A stretch of 64,000 nt of DNA from Octopus bimaculoides. Its lineage: Eukaryota. Positions 24,463-38,711 of the stretch are shown here, piece by piece; position 1 is the stretch's first letter; each line of letters begins with the position of its first letter. The stretch is taken from NCBI RefSeq assembly GCF_001194135.2, contig NC_068998.1, positions 9,816,955-9,880,954 of the forward strand, given 5' to 3'. Position numbers and translations under genes: made by a program. Below the pieces are notes generated by a model that made no database searches, was not told the DNA's origin, and saw only the letters and a list, made by a program, of their open reading frames with translations.

Positions 24463-26574
24463 TTATCAATCTAATTTCACTCACAAGCTTGGATCGAGCC
24501 AAACCTACGGTAAAAAACATTTACCGAGGATATTTATTATGTTGTGAGATCAAACACAGACCTCATGATTGCGAAGCAAACATCTTAACCATCTGGCCGT
24601 ACCTGTTTCCACAGATAAATGTACACACATATATAGACCCACATAAATACTCTCTCGATGTGATTTACAGCCCTTAACCAGTCCCTTATGACCAAAGAAG
24701 CTCCAAACTGATCCTTTTGTCGTTTTGTACGAAATACCATTTATTGACATATGTAAGACTACTAAAACTACATTGTCTTATGTGTCCTTTTATTTAATAC
24801 AATACGGCGTGATTTAAGAAGATTTGACTGCTATTTCTAACCGCTTGAACAGCCACAACATGATTTTTCATTGACGTATTTATGATGAAAAATAGATAAA
24901 CGATATAATTGGTGAGAACTATATAAAAAAAAGTGTTTTAACCGTGACCATCCCGTTTTTTGTTTGCGAAGCATAATGAATCTAAGACTATATTTATACG
25001 ATGTGTCCTTTGTCATTCTTTTTTTTTTTCTCTTTCAAGAGTAGTAGAATGCGTACTTTACGGGAGATTCGGTTGCTATTTTTAGCATTTGGTAGTTGAC
25101 AGTTACGATGACGTAAGCCTCGTCTCTAAAGTTAAATGGCCTAGAAACAGGAAAAAAAGTTGCTGTTGACATTTTTTTTATTACCTACGTTCTTCCACTC
25201 ACGCTGAAGGTTTTTTTGAAACCGTTTTTCACTAATTCGTTCTGCTGGCTTGGCTAGTCTTGGTGGTTTTTCAATAGATGGATAGATAAAGGTAGAAGGG
25301 TAGGATGGTGAAGACTGGATAGTTAAATGAATGGCGGGTTGCTGAAAAATTATCCGAAATTTCTGAGGTCAGACTATTAACCTTCCGTACTCGTATCTTC
25401 AATTCTATCTCACTTCTCTTATGCTCTCTTGCACAATCATTCCTCTCTCTCTATATATATCTCTCATTCTCTCTCGTTCTTCCTCTCTCCCTCTCTCATT
25501 ACACCGTAAACTATCTCATCTGATTAGTTCTCTATTAAAATCGATGTCTACTACAATTGTCTGTCCCAACCTTCACCACCGTTACCATCACAACGACCAC
25601 CACTTTGATATCGACGTTGATCATCATCATCGTCATCGTCATCATTATCATCATCATCATCATCATCATTATCGCTATCATCATCTTTGCGGTGTCGTAA
25701 TCATTACTCTATTTCATCAAATTGTCATTCTATTTTTCTTTTGAGACATTTATATAGGTATGTGTGTAGGTATATATATATATATATATATGAATGCATT
25801 TGTCTATTCCTCTCTCTTTCTCTCGCTTCTCTATATACATACATGCACTAACGTACACACACACACATACACATAGACACGTACATTTACTTAAAATGTC
25901 TGTTATTTACCTACCAATATCTACCTACTAACCTATCTATTTATCTGCTTTACATTTCCTCTCCTGATCATATTTTCTATTTACAAATTTATGTAGGAAA
26001 ATATATTCATTTATTTAAGAAAAATATGTTCTTTCTTGTTTGAATATATATTCAATAACTATATATATATNNNNNNNNNNNNNNNNNNNNNNNNNNNNNN
26101 NNNNNNNNNNNNNNNNNNNNNNNNNNNNNNNNNNNNNNNNNNNNNNNNNNNNNNNNNNNNNNNNNNNNNNNNNNNNNNNNNNNNNNNNNNNNNNNNNNNN
26201 NNNNNNNNNNNNNNNNNNNNNNNNNNNNNNNNNNNNNNNNNNNNNNNNNNNNNNNNNNNNNNNNNNNNNNNNNNNNNNNNNNNNNNNNNNNNNNNNNNNN
26301 NNNNNNNNNNNNNNNNNNNNNNNNNNNNNNNNNNNNNNNNNNNNNNNNNNNNNNNNNNNNNNNNNNNNNNNNNNNNNNNNNNNNNNNNNNNNNNNNNNNN
26401 NNNNNNNNNNNNNNNNNNNNNNNNNNNNNNNNNNNNNNNNNNNNNNNNNNNNNNNNNNNNNNNNNNNNNNNNNNNNNNNNNNNNNNNNNNNNNNNNNNNN
26501 NNNNNNNNNNNNNNNNNNNNNNNNNNNNNNNNNNNNNNNATACACACATACATACACACATATATATATATATA

Positions 26575-26745
26575 TATACATATATACGACGGGCTTCTTT
26601 CAGTTTCAGTCTACCAAATCTACTCACTTGGTCGGCCTGAGGCTATAGTAGAAGACACTTGCCCAAGGTGCCACACAGTGGGACTGAACCCGAAACCATG
26701 TGGTTGGTAAGGAAGCTACTTACCACACAGCCACTCCTGCGCCTA
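26575..26745 (-). mobile_element. SINE family A, 5' half next to a gap
   Basis: Reverse complement of head and core. Confidence 0.88.
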
Positions 26746-26870
26746 TATTCATGTACAAATTAAATTTACCAGAAACTTTTTCTATTGCAAACAATGTTCG
26801 TTTTAATATTGCTTTTTTTTATATGGGGTAATTGTTGCATTTACATATGCATATTAGCTTGCATGCAGTA

Positions 26871-26915
<45 letters not shown>

Positions 26916-27434
26916 CATGTACAGACACACAGTTATACTCACACGCTCATCATACTCACAAATACAATTACACACGCAGTCTTCCGTGTTACATTAGAAA
27001 GATTTACAAGAATAAATCTCAACCAGCTTTAAGAGAATACCCTCATTACAATATATTTAATGTTTTTTTGGTCAATAATAATAGCTACATCACAACTGGC
27101 TCCAAAAACCATCTTCAAACCGAAACATTGTTGCATAATGCAACAGCCCAACTTCTACCAGCCTGATACATATATATATATATGGCCGCAGTGAAATGAC
27201 TGAAAAAAGTAAAATACACACACACACACACATGTACATACATACATNNNNNNNNNNTATATATATGTATATATATATGTATGTGTACACACACAAGCAC
27301 ATTGAGGGAACCTATGGAAGATGTAGCCTCTTACACGTACTTTACAATGCCATTCTGAAAATAAACAATAACATCATTGAAATCTTGAAGTTTTGAGATA
27401 ATGCCAGATTAATTCAAGACAATATGAATATAGG

Positions 27435-27820
27435 CACAGGTGTGAGTAACTGTGTGGGTTCAGTCCCATTGCGTGGCACCTCGGGCGAGTGTCTTCTACT
27501 ATATCCTGAAGCCAACCAAAGCCTTGGGAGAAGATTTGGTAGATGGAAACTGAAACAAGCACGTCACATTTATCATTTGTGTGTGTGTGTGTGTGTGTGT
27601 CTGTCTGTTTGTCTCCCATCACCATTTGACAACCGGTGTTGTGTCGTTGTGTCTACGTCCCCTGTAACTTTTACAATTCAGCAAAAGAGACAGTTAGAAC
27701 AAGTACCAGGCTTAAAAAAATTTAAAGTATTGGGGTTGATTCATCAGACTAAAGATTCCTCAAGGCAGTGCCCCAGCATGGCCACAGTTTAATGACTGAA
27801 ACGAGTAAAAGATTAAAAGA
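27435..27820 (+). mobile_element. SINE family A, older full-length copy
   Basis: Head, core, (TG)n and tail all recognisable but diverged. Confidence 0.85.
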
Positions 27821-28896
27821 AAATTTAACTGAGTAATCTGAATGCTAAAGGGTTATAACACACCAAATAAGTTAGCATTGAATCAGTGACGCCAAACAGG
27901 CGGTGCCAAAACATTTCAAACTCCTACATGTCTTAGCAGCTAATTCACTTTGTCAGCTGCTGTTGAACTAAAATGTGTTACATAGACTACACAATATATA
28001 ACAATTGTTGACACAATGAGTAGGTGGGTGTATATATATATTGATCAGGAATGGATAAAAGAACTTCCTAGTCTATTTATATGCCACCCATTCAGGATAT
28101 AAATTTATATGCATGTGTGTGTGTGTGTGTGTGTGTGCATGAGTTTGTGTATATTAATGTATATGTATTTATGTATATATATAGTTTTATATGTATACAT
28201 ACATGTGTGTGTGTNNNNNNNNNNNNNNNNNNNNNNNNNNNNNNNNNNNNNNNNNNNNNNNNNNNNNNNNNNNNNNNNNNNNNNNNNNNNNNNNNNNNNN
28301 NNNNNNNNNNNNNNNNNNNNNNNNNNNNNNNNNNNNNNNNNNNNNNNNNNNNNNNNNNNNNNNNNNNNNNNNNNNNNNNNNNNNNNNNNNNNNNNNNNNN
28401 NNNNNNNNNNNNNNNNNNNNNNNNNNNNNNNNNNNNNNNNNNNNNNNNNNNNNNNNNNNNNNNNNNNNNNNNNNNNNNNNNNNNNNNNNNNNNNNNNNNN
28501 NNNNNNNNNNNNNNNNNNNNNNNNNNNNNNNNNNNNNNNNNNNNNNNNNNNNNNNNNNNNNNNNNNNNNNNNNNNNNNNNNNNNNNNNNNNNNNNNNNNN
28601 NNNNNNNNNNNNNNNNNNNNNNNNNNNNNNNNNNNNNNNNNNNNNNNNNNNNNNNNNNNNNNNNNNNNNNNNNNNNNNNNNNNNNNNNNNNNNNNNNNNN
28701 NNNNNNNNNNNNNNNNNNNNNNNNNNNNNNNNNNNNNNNNNNNNNNNNNNNNNNNNNNNNNNNNNNNNNNNNNNNNNNNNNNNNNNNNNNNNNNNNNNNN
28801 NNNNNNNNNNNNNNNNNNNNNNNNNNNNNNNNNNNNNNNNNNNNNNNNNNNNNNNNNNNNNNNNNNNNNNNNNNNNNNNNNNNNNNNNNNNNNNNN

Positions 28897-29245
28897 TCCC
28901 ACTGTGTGGCACTTTGGGCAAGTGTCTTCTACTATAGCCTCGGGCTGACCAAAGCCTTGTGAGAGGATTTGGTAGACGGAAACTGAAAGAAGCCTGTCGT
29001 ATATATGTATATATATATATATATGTGTGTGTTTGTGTGTCTGTGTTTGTCCCCCCAACATCGTTTGACAACCAATGCTGGTGTGTTTGCATCCCTGTAA
29101 CTTGGCGGTTCGGCAAAAAGAGACCGATAGAATAAGTACTGGGCTTACAAAGAATAAGTCCTGGGGTCGAGTTGCTCGACTAAAGGTGGTGCCCCAGCAT
29201 GGCCGCAGTCAAATGACTGAAACAACTGAAAGAGTAAAAGAGTAA
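28897..29245 (+). mobile_element. SINE family A (head partly in gap)
   Basis: Core, microsatellite and tail match 8932-9316. Confidence 0.9.
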
Positions 29246-29799
29246 AGAGAGAGTATGTTTCCATGATCCATCCAACTGTAATTTTTACAAGACAAGATTT
29301 ACAACAGATGTGACTGTGTGGTAGAAAGTTTACTTTCTAAACCACATGGTTCAGGTTTCAATCCTATTGTGTGACACATTGAGCAAATATCTTCTGCTGT
29401 TGGCATGGACCAACCAAACCCTTGTGAGTGGATTCGGTAGGCAGAAACTGAAAAAAGGCGGCAAACTGGCAGAATCATTAGCACGCCGGGCGAAATGCTT
29501 AGCGGTATTTCATCTGCCGCTATGTTCTGAGTGACGGGGTGGATGACTGTTGAATGATGGAATGAATATCTGTTGAGTGAGGAAACTAGACGGTTGTAGA
29601 GTCTAAGAATGAATGGCTTTTGAATGATGGAACGAATGACACTTGAAAGGATAGGTTTGTGATTGAGTGAGGAGATGGATGACTGTTGGAATGAAAGGAA
29701 TGAATTACTTTTGAGTGATAGAACGAACAATTGTCGAGTGAGGCAACGAAAGACTGATAAGGTGAAGCAAGTTCACTGTTGAATGGGGTCTGATTGTGG

Positions 29800-31180
29800 A
29801 CCCTGCAGCAAGCAAACAGTGAAGTTGTTGTTGTTGTTGATAGTGATGGTGATGATGATGATGATGATGATGGTAATTATGTTGAATGGAAATGATTTGG
29901 AAGCAAACGAGAAAAATAGTGATGGTGATTGTGATGGCTACTGTAAAAATGAAAACGACAATCATGGTGAAGGTGATGATATTGCCGATGATGATGATTA
30001 TGACAATGAAGATAATGGCATTAGCCATGATAGCTATGACGCTGACAACGACAGTGATGATTTCAGCAATGGTGGCATTGTGATGATGATGATGATGACG
30101 ATGATGATGATGATGATGATGACGTTGATAATGAATGATTATGTGGTGTTAGCAACGAGGATAAATTTAAAATAATAAAAAAAAAAAGATGTTGCTGATG
30201 ATGGTGATGATATAGGGATGTTAAAGTAACAAAGAAGAAAAAAAAGAAGAAAAAAGAAAAAAGACCCCCCCCACACCTAAAAAAGATAAAGAAACGATAA
30301 AGAAAAGAAANNNNNNNNNNTGGCATTGTGATGATGATGATGATGACGATGATGATGATGATGATGATGACGTTGATAATGAATGATTATGTGGTGTTAG
30401 CAACGAGGATAAATTTAAAATAATAAAAAAAAAAAGATGTTGCTGATGATGGTGATGATATAGGGATGTTAAAGTAACAAAGAAGAAAAAAAAGAAGAAA
30501 AAAGAAAAAAGACCCCCCCCACACCTAAAAAAGATAAAGAAACGATAAAGAAAAGAAAAGAAAACGTTTTTTGCATAACAATAATTGCAGAAACAATAAC
30601 AACACCACCACCACCACTACCACCACCACCACTACCACTACCGCCTCTACCATTTCCACCACTGCTACTGACATTAACAACAACAGCAGCAGCAGCAGCT
30701 GTTAGATTTTTATTGGTTTTTAATCTTCTGAAAGTCCTTCCTTTTTTTTCCCTGTCTGTTTTGTTGTTGTTGATGTTGATGTTGGCATCAATGAAGAAGA
30801 GTAAAATAAAAACAGCAGTCACACATATATATACACACTCCCTCACTTATATACAAACACGTACAGTATATACACACTCCCTCACACACATACAAGCATA
30901 CACTCTGTACATTTGTGTGCACAGTCCCTCACACGTATACAGATACACACTACACATATGTATACACACTCCCCCACATATGCAAACACATGTATATACA
31001 CATTCCCTCACACATATACAAACACACACTGTATATACACATTCCCATACACACACAAACATACAGAAATACACGCTATACATATAGACGTCCCCTACAC
31101 ACATATAAACGTACATTCACACACGTTTATACGTGTATATTCATAAAAATGTGTGCATTGTATACACAAAATGCACCTGT

Positions 31181-31214
<34 letters not shown>

Positions 31215-31553
31215 CTTACACAAAAATGCACATGGATACAGACACATATATATATACACATTCATGTATAAAATAAGCACATATACACACATACAAATAC
31301 AAACACATACAGAAAAACAAATGTACATACATACAGACATACAAACATACTCAAACAGACGTACACAAATGCACATGTTCATTTGCACACACACACACAC
31401 ACGTTCACTTAAAATTCATAAAATATATAAAACAAACAAGTATTGAAGTGTACATGCATACTGATGTGTTTACACATATGCGTACATACATACTCACACA
31501 TATACACAGATACATACATACACATACACACATGTACATGCATACATAGATGC

Positions 31554-31592
<39 letters not shown>

Positions 31593-33200
31593 TACTGCCA
31601 TTCATATATTGACACACAAGCCTTAAAACATATAAACACTGAATCCCATACATACACATTCATACACATATACATACATGTTCTTATACTTGCACATTAA
31701 CACACACATATGTACACACACCTTTGAAAGAGCTGACTTGCAGATGCACATAGACAAACCTGTACAGACGTGTTCATTTGCAGTTACATACACATATATG
31801 CACACGCACACGCACACGCACACACACACGCACACGCACACTCACACACTAAACACATGCACACAAATGTGCATGCACATACACACCTGCAAATGTATAT
31901 TCAAATAAACACACACACACACATACGCTCATACACTAAACACACACACAAATGCATACACACATACACACCTGTAAATGTTTATACAGGTAAACTAACA
32001 CACACCCACACAAATCATACACACACACACAAACACACACATGTATATGTACACATACGCACATACATACGCACTCGGAGTCTTTGATGAAATATAACTC
32101 ATTATGCTATTGTTACCAATTGAGGGAAACGAGAGGTAAAAAAAAAAAGAAAAAAACGAGGTGAATCGGTGTGTGATGGAAATATTAATGATGATGGTAG
32201 GGGGGGTGCTGATGATTGTGCTTATGATGATGATGAGGGGGGTAGAGGTCATATGGGTAGTGACAGGGGTGGTGGTGGTGTGAGTGGCCATGCTGGTGAC
32301 AGTGATGATGATGGTGGTGGTGGTGGTGGTGATGCTTGTAGTAACAGTACTGGGGATGATGGCGGTGGTGGTGGTGGTGGTGATGGTGATGATGCCAGTG
32401 ATGATGATGATGATGGTGGTGGTGGTAGTGTTAGTAATGGTGGTGTTGGTGGTGGCGGAGGTGATGTTCATGGTGGTGATGGTGATAGTGGCTGTGGTTT
32501 TGGTGGAAGTGGTAGTGATGGAATGATGGTGGTGGTGGTGCTACTGCTACTACTGCTGCTGCTGCTGCCACCGCTGCTGCTACTAGCAGTGGTTGTCGTT
32601 GGTTGCGATAATGGTGGTATGGGCGACAGTATTGATGACAATGATGGTGGTGATGGTATCGATAGCAGGCGGTTGTGGTGGTGGTCATATGCATATGGTG
32701 ATGTTGATGATGATGATGTTGATGGTGATGGCCACAAAGGTGGTGGCATATGAAGCTGCTGTCGGTGATGATGATGATGATAATGACGACGGTGGCAATG
32801 ACCACCATATGTATAAGATAGTGTTGACGATGAAGGTGTTAATGATGATGATAGTGATGATGATGATGATGATGATTGTGGTGGTGGTGGTCATGGTCGT
32901 AGTGATGGTGGATTTTGCTGGAACTACGCTAACTTTGGTACTGGAAACTTACTCTATCGAAACCTCCGATAAAAATAGACCAAAATCAATAAAGATGATA
33001 TGCGATGATGGACTTTCCAACTTACGTGCCCTCTCCCACCCCACCCCATACACTGCTGAATCTCACAATTCCTTCCCTCTTTCATTTTCTTCCCTTTTTT
33101 TTCTTTGCCTTGTTGGTCTTTGCTTTTTTTTTACATTTATATATGTTACAGTGTTTGGTAGTGATGGTAGTGGTGGTGGTGGTGGTGGTGGTAGCGGTGG
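29800..33200. repeat. Low-complexity block: (GAT)n/(GGT)n trinucleotides and CA/TA-rich degenerate repeats
   Basis: Direct inspection; source of poly-M/G/D/H/T pseudo-ORFs. Confidence 0.95.
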
Positions 33201-33469
33201 CGGTTTCTTTCTTTGTCTTGGTTAATGCATATTGTATCATAGATATTATATTGTATCATATATAACAAATAGATATCCTATAGTACATATATCATATCAT
33301 ACATTACATATTGTATTATATCATATATGGCATGTTATGTATATGTGTATATATACATATATGTGTGTGTGTGTGTATGCATATATGTATGTGTGTATAT
33401 ATATGTATATATATATCATATGAAACAAATACTACATACAAATACATCAGATATTACAATGTTATGTAT

Positions 33470-33530
<61 letters not shown>

Positions 33531-33590
33531 CAAGGTTTTTAACTTTTAAATTCGTATATTTAAAAGAAATAGAAACTTCAAACTCCTCTG

Positions 33591-33633
<43 letters not shown>

Positions 33634-33734
33634 AAGAATAAGTTCTGGGGTCGATTTGTTCAACTAAATCGTGGTGCTCCAGCATGGCCGCAGTCAAATG
33701 ACTGAAACAAATACAAAAATATGCATATAGTTCA

Positions 33735-33860
33735 GATTTACAGAAAACAAATGAGAAAGACAGGTGAGGGAGGAACAAGCAGGTGTATTAGTTTGACACT
33801 CAGGGAGAATGGAAAAGGTCTTTGACATTTTGAGCCTTTGCTCTTCAACAGAAAGGATTG
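33735..33860 (-). mobile_element. Penelope-like terminal-repeat fragment; second copy at about 35690-35800
   Basis: Both copies share GTATTAGTTT.AC.CTC.GG.A..GG.AA.GTCTTTGAC.TTT..AGCCT.TGCT.TTCAAC.GAAAGGA. Confidence 0.5.
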
Positions 33861-34522
33861 AGAGGGGAAAAAAATGAAAAGAGAAGAAAATGTGTAGGGA
33901 TTAACAGTTCAACATGACAAACTGTTAGAGATAATCCATGAATGGAATTTATAAATGTTTTAATGCATTGCTACATGCATTTCCACAAATCACATTTGTC
34001 TTAAAATCAAAGTCCACATTCCTGAGATGATTACAACACAATCCGTGGTATCTATGGACATTGGGTGGATTATAGTTCATGCGTTCATTTCAAGCAATAA
34101 TAGCATTAAAATTGGAAGCAATGAATGTATAACTGAAAGATGTCTATCGATTTTCACCAATCAAAAGATTAACTGGGGTATGTAGGAAGTTCTGTGTGTA
34201 TTTGGTAAGGAATCCTTTTTTTACCAAAGGCAAAAAGCCTGAAATTTTATGGGAGTTAGGGTGTTAGTTGATTACATTGACCTCAGTACTCAACCGGTAT
34301 GTATTTTCTCACAAATATGTATCAGTTGACTGGATGAGTGAAAGGCAAAATTGACCTCAGTGGAATTTGAACCCAGAATGCAAAGATGGATGAAATGATG
34401 TTAAGCATTATGTCCGGCACACTAGCAATTCTGCCTACTCACTGCCTTCATGTAATGTTATAAATATAACATCATAATATATATATATATAAATGTATAT
34501 TATTATTATTATTATTATTATT

Positions 34523-34836
34523 ATTGTTCAGTAGTTTTATTTTTATAGTGTGCTTTCACTTCACTACCGAGCGCAGCTCTGTGCGCCTTGGGTATGTGCT
34601 GTGGTTTGCTGTGGTGCTCTTATGTTTACTGTATTGAAAGTGTTTTGCGTAGAATGTGTGCAGTGCCCAGTAGTGCAATTTTCTGTATGTTATATATATT
34701 TGTAAGTCCTGGTGTTTTTGTTATGTATTTGTCTGAATATTTTTTTATTATATCTAAGGCACCTACTATGATAGGAATTGTTTCTGTTTTTTAGATTCCA
34801 CATTCGAGTTACCTCTATTTGCAGATCTTTGTATTT
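34523..34836 (-). mobile_element. Dong/R4-type LINE 3' end in (TAA)n
   Basis: Minus strand KYKDLQIEVTRMWNL(frameshift)KTETIPIIVGALD..IQKIALLGTAHILRKTLSIQ*. (TTA)n on both flanks. Confidence 0.85.
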
Positions 34837-36449
34837 ATTATTATTATTATTATTAGTGCTCGTCTGCTTTTTTGCTTCTGTATATCTTCTGGAGGAGTTA
34901 CCTCAATCCTATAAAATATTACCAAAAATGAAGTAGATTGACAAGTTTATTATATATCATATATTATATATATCATGTTATATCACATACATAACATTGT
35001 AATATCTGATGTATTTGCATATAGTATTTGCCTCATATGATATTATAATGTATCATGTCATATCTTATCATATATATATCCTATACATTACATACCTTAT
35101 CATATTATATTGTATATCATTGCATAATGTTATATCTTTAAATCTTTCTGTATTACTTTCATCCCTTCTGTTTTGCAGATATTTTTTTCTCTTTGTCTCG
35201 GTCTACTGGCTCTGTCTGTCCATCCGTATATCCTTCAGTCTATCCATTTGTATCTCTCCCCCCTCTCTCTATTTCTCTCTCTCTTTCTCTTTCTATTTCT
35301 CTCTCTCTCTCTATTTCTCTCTCTCTCTCTCTATCTATGTATATCCAGATACATATATGTGTGCATGTACAAACAATTGGTGTATATTACCGCATTAGTA
35401 ACTATATATATATANNNNNNNNNNNNNNNNNNNNNNNNNNNNNNNNNNNNNNNNNNNNNNNNNNNNNNNNNNNNNNNNNNNNNNNNNNNNNNNNNNNNNN
35501 NNNNNNNNNNNNNNAATTCTTGGGAAAGAATACATTTGCGGCTGAAGATAGCTTTATACTATCACTTATATACTGATGTAACAACTATAAAGCTTGAAAC
35601 ATGTGTACCGCAGAATCGTTTGTGTTTTGTTTTTATTTTTACATTTCCAATTTATATATATATATGGGAGAATTTACGAAAAAAACAACAGACGGAAACA
35701 GGTGGTGTAGAAAACAAATGGATGTATTAGTTTAACGCTCGGGAATAGGGAAAGTCTTTGACGTTTCAAGCCTATGCTGTTCAACTGAAAGGAACACAGA
35801 AAGAAATAAGAAGAGAAACAAGGAGAGAAAAAAATATAAATGTAGTGGTCAGCGATCTATCATGGCGAATATACGTAAATGGTGAATGTAGAGAATGAGG
35901 GCACAACACCACATTGGTGGATAGATTTTCTTTATTTGCGTATGACGGCTACCATTGGTTTCATGTTAAGAAAAAATATCTTAATATCTTCACAATTTTT
36001 CAGTCTGATCACATGGAGGAATGGTATTTGTCTCCATTTTGGATGAAAACACAGTCTCGTGAATTCACATGTGTGTGTATTTGCATGTGTGTGCACACAC
36101 ACACAAACATGCATGTACACACGCGCGCACACACACTACATGCACAAGCACACTACATGCACATACATACACATAAATATACACATGTAGATACAAAGAG
36201 AGAGAATGAAAGAGATATAGGCATTACAGTTTGAACACTTTATCTCTCCTCATACACATCAAGAGAAAGATGTTCGTACACAATGAGAGAGAGTGAGAGA
36301 GAGAGAGAGAGAGAGGGGGAAGGGAGGGAGGGAGAGAGGAGAGACACAGAGTGAAACATTAAAACGTTTGATGTCGAATAAGTCAGTGTTGAATCAACGA
36401 CGCCAAAATAGGTGGTGCCAAAAGGTCTTGTTTCCTTGTAACCGTTATC

Positions 36450-36972
36450 TTAATCATTGTTGACATCATCTTCGTCTTCATCATCATCATCATAATTGTC
36501 ATCACCAGTAAAGTCATCATTATCATCATCACCACCATCATTGCCGTTATTATTGCCACCATCGCCATAGCTACGATCATCATCATCATCATCATCACCA
36601 CCCCCACCCCAACCACCACCATCATCATCACCACCATATCACAGTCATCTCTGTCACTATCAATAAAATCTCTGTGCACCTCTCCATTTGTATCGCAGCA
36701 TTTCTCAAGTTTTAGATTTGACTTCTGTAGTTATCACAACTGCCCCCCACCNNNNNNNNNNNNNNNNNNNNNNNNNNNNNNNNNNNNNNNNNNNNNNNNN
36801 NNNNNNNNNNNNNNNNNNNNNNNNNNNNNNNNNNNNNNNNNNNNNNNNNNNNNNNNNNNNNNNNNNNNNNNNNNNNNNNNNNNNNNNNNNNNNNNNNNNN
36901 NNNNAGCCTTAACCAAATATCACCACCGACTTTACCATGACTACCACCAGCACCTATATCAAAACTCCCACC

Positions 36973-37009
<37 letters not shown>

Positions 37010-37370
37010 CAACAACAACAGCACTACTACAACCCCAACAACAATGCTGACACCATTATTTGTATGAAAACCTCCACCATAACTACTACTACTACTACTA
37101 CTACTGCTACTACTACTGCTACTACTACTGCTACTACTACTACTACTACTACTGCTACTACTATCACCACCACCACCACCAACAGCTCAACCACAACCCC
37201 AACAACAACGATGACACCACCACACCATCACTTATATGAAAACCTCCACCATAACTACTACTACGACTGCTGCTGCTACTACTACTACTACTACTACTAC
37301 TCCTGCTGTTGCTACTACTACCACCACCACCACCACCACTACCACACCACCACCTCACAAATCTCTGCAT
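36450..37370. repeat. (CAT)n/(CAC)n/(TAC)n trinucleotide block
   Basis: Direct inspection. Confidence 0.95.
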
Positions 37371-37531
37371 CACCTTTTTTATTAAAAGTATATTTTTAAT
37401 AGTATGCATTTTGTAGAAAAGTAGATGTTGTTGTTTAGCCCTAGGTCAGCTCTGACTAGGCAGACCTATGATCAAAAGCATTTCTGCCATGGCCATCATG
37501 GGTTTTTTTTTTTTTTTAAGGGGTATCGAAT

Positions 37532-37800
37532 GGAGGCACATGGCTGAGTGGTTAGAGTGTTGCACTGGTTATCATAAGATTGTGTTTTCGATTCCTGAAT
37601 AAGGCAGTGCATTGTGTTCTTGAGCAGAGCACTTCACTTCATGCTGCCCCAGTCCACTCAGCTGTAAAACAAGGTCCAACAATGCCTGGGAAGTTGGCCC
37701 TGTAAATGACTTGCATCCCATTCAGGGACAGAGTGTTGTAATGTCATTCTTTTAGATGGCAAGGAAATTGGATTAAGCTCCAGTGTTATGAGATCTAAGG
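37532..37800 (+). mobile_element. Old tRNA-headed SINE, MetaSINE-like
   Basis: A/B boxes (TGGCTGAGTGG, TTTCGATTCC), CCAGTCCACTCAGCTGTAAA, GACTTGCATCCCATTCAGGG, GAAATTGGATTAAGCTCC. Confidence 0.6.
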
Positions 37801-38657
37801 CTTATGACATTCCTAGATAGACTTAGCTCTGAGGCTCAGACCTAAATCTATCTAGGGCTACATAATCTAATGCTTTTTTCTTCTTTTGTAAAAGACTACA
37901 GTGTGATTGAGGGGGATTTGGCTGCTATATTTAGCAAGTCTAGAGACCAGGTAAAGGCTTCAGCTGCCTCTTCTGTCAAAATGTTTAGTTGGTTAAATGT
38001 GGTGAGTTTACTAGGTTAATCTTCTGGGTGAGTTTACTGGGTATGTTTGTTGGGTATGTTTGCCGGGTGGAAAGGAGTAGAAACAGGAAACCATCCATTA
38101 ACATCCATTATCAGGGTTAATGGAATGTTAGAGAGTAAAGAAATTTTAAAAATCCAGCTAAATTATACAAAGGTTAAGAAATCGTTTGAGCTCCTTAACG
38201 ATGTGGAAGAACAATATTGTGTGTGCATGCGTGTGTGTGTATGTGTGTGTGAGTGTCTGTTAATATGTATATGTTTATGCGTAGGTTTCCATCTGCAAAT
38301 AACATGTAGAGCTTTTGTCTCTCTTGTTTCAATTTACAAACATTACTGCTGCATTAACCGTCATTTCAAAGTAATTTATTAATTTCCCTGGTTGGCATGG
38401 GTGTGTATATCTAGGACTACATTATCTAATGTCCTTTTGTTTTGTTTTTTGCAAAATGGTAGGTGCAAGCTTGGCTGTGAGGTTAATTAGATTAATTAGT
38501 GCACTTCCCAATTACATGGTTTCAAGTTCAGTCCTATTGAACGGCACCTTGAGGCAAGTGGATTTGGTAGATGGAAACTGAAGGGATAATGTGGTTTTAG
38601 AGTCAAATTTTGACTGCTATTTCAAGCATGGTGGTATCTCTTAGACACCCTAAATTA

Positions 38658-38711
<54 letters not shown>

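Noticed and set aside
30073-30558. 238-bp exact tandem duplication
   Set aside because: Also separated by exactly 10 N; assembly artefact.
31995-33225. Gly/Asp/Met/Thr/His-rich ORFs resembling structural or biomineral proteins
   Set aside because: Open in several frames and both strands, made of impure (GGT)/(GAT) repeats, with no splice or homology support.
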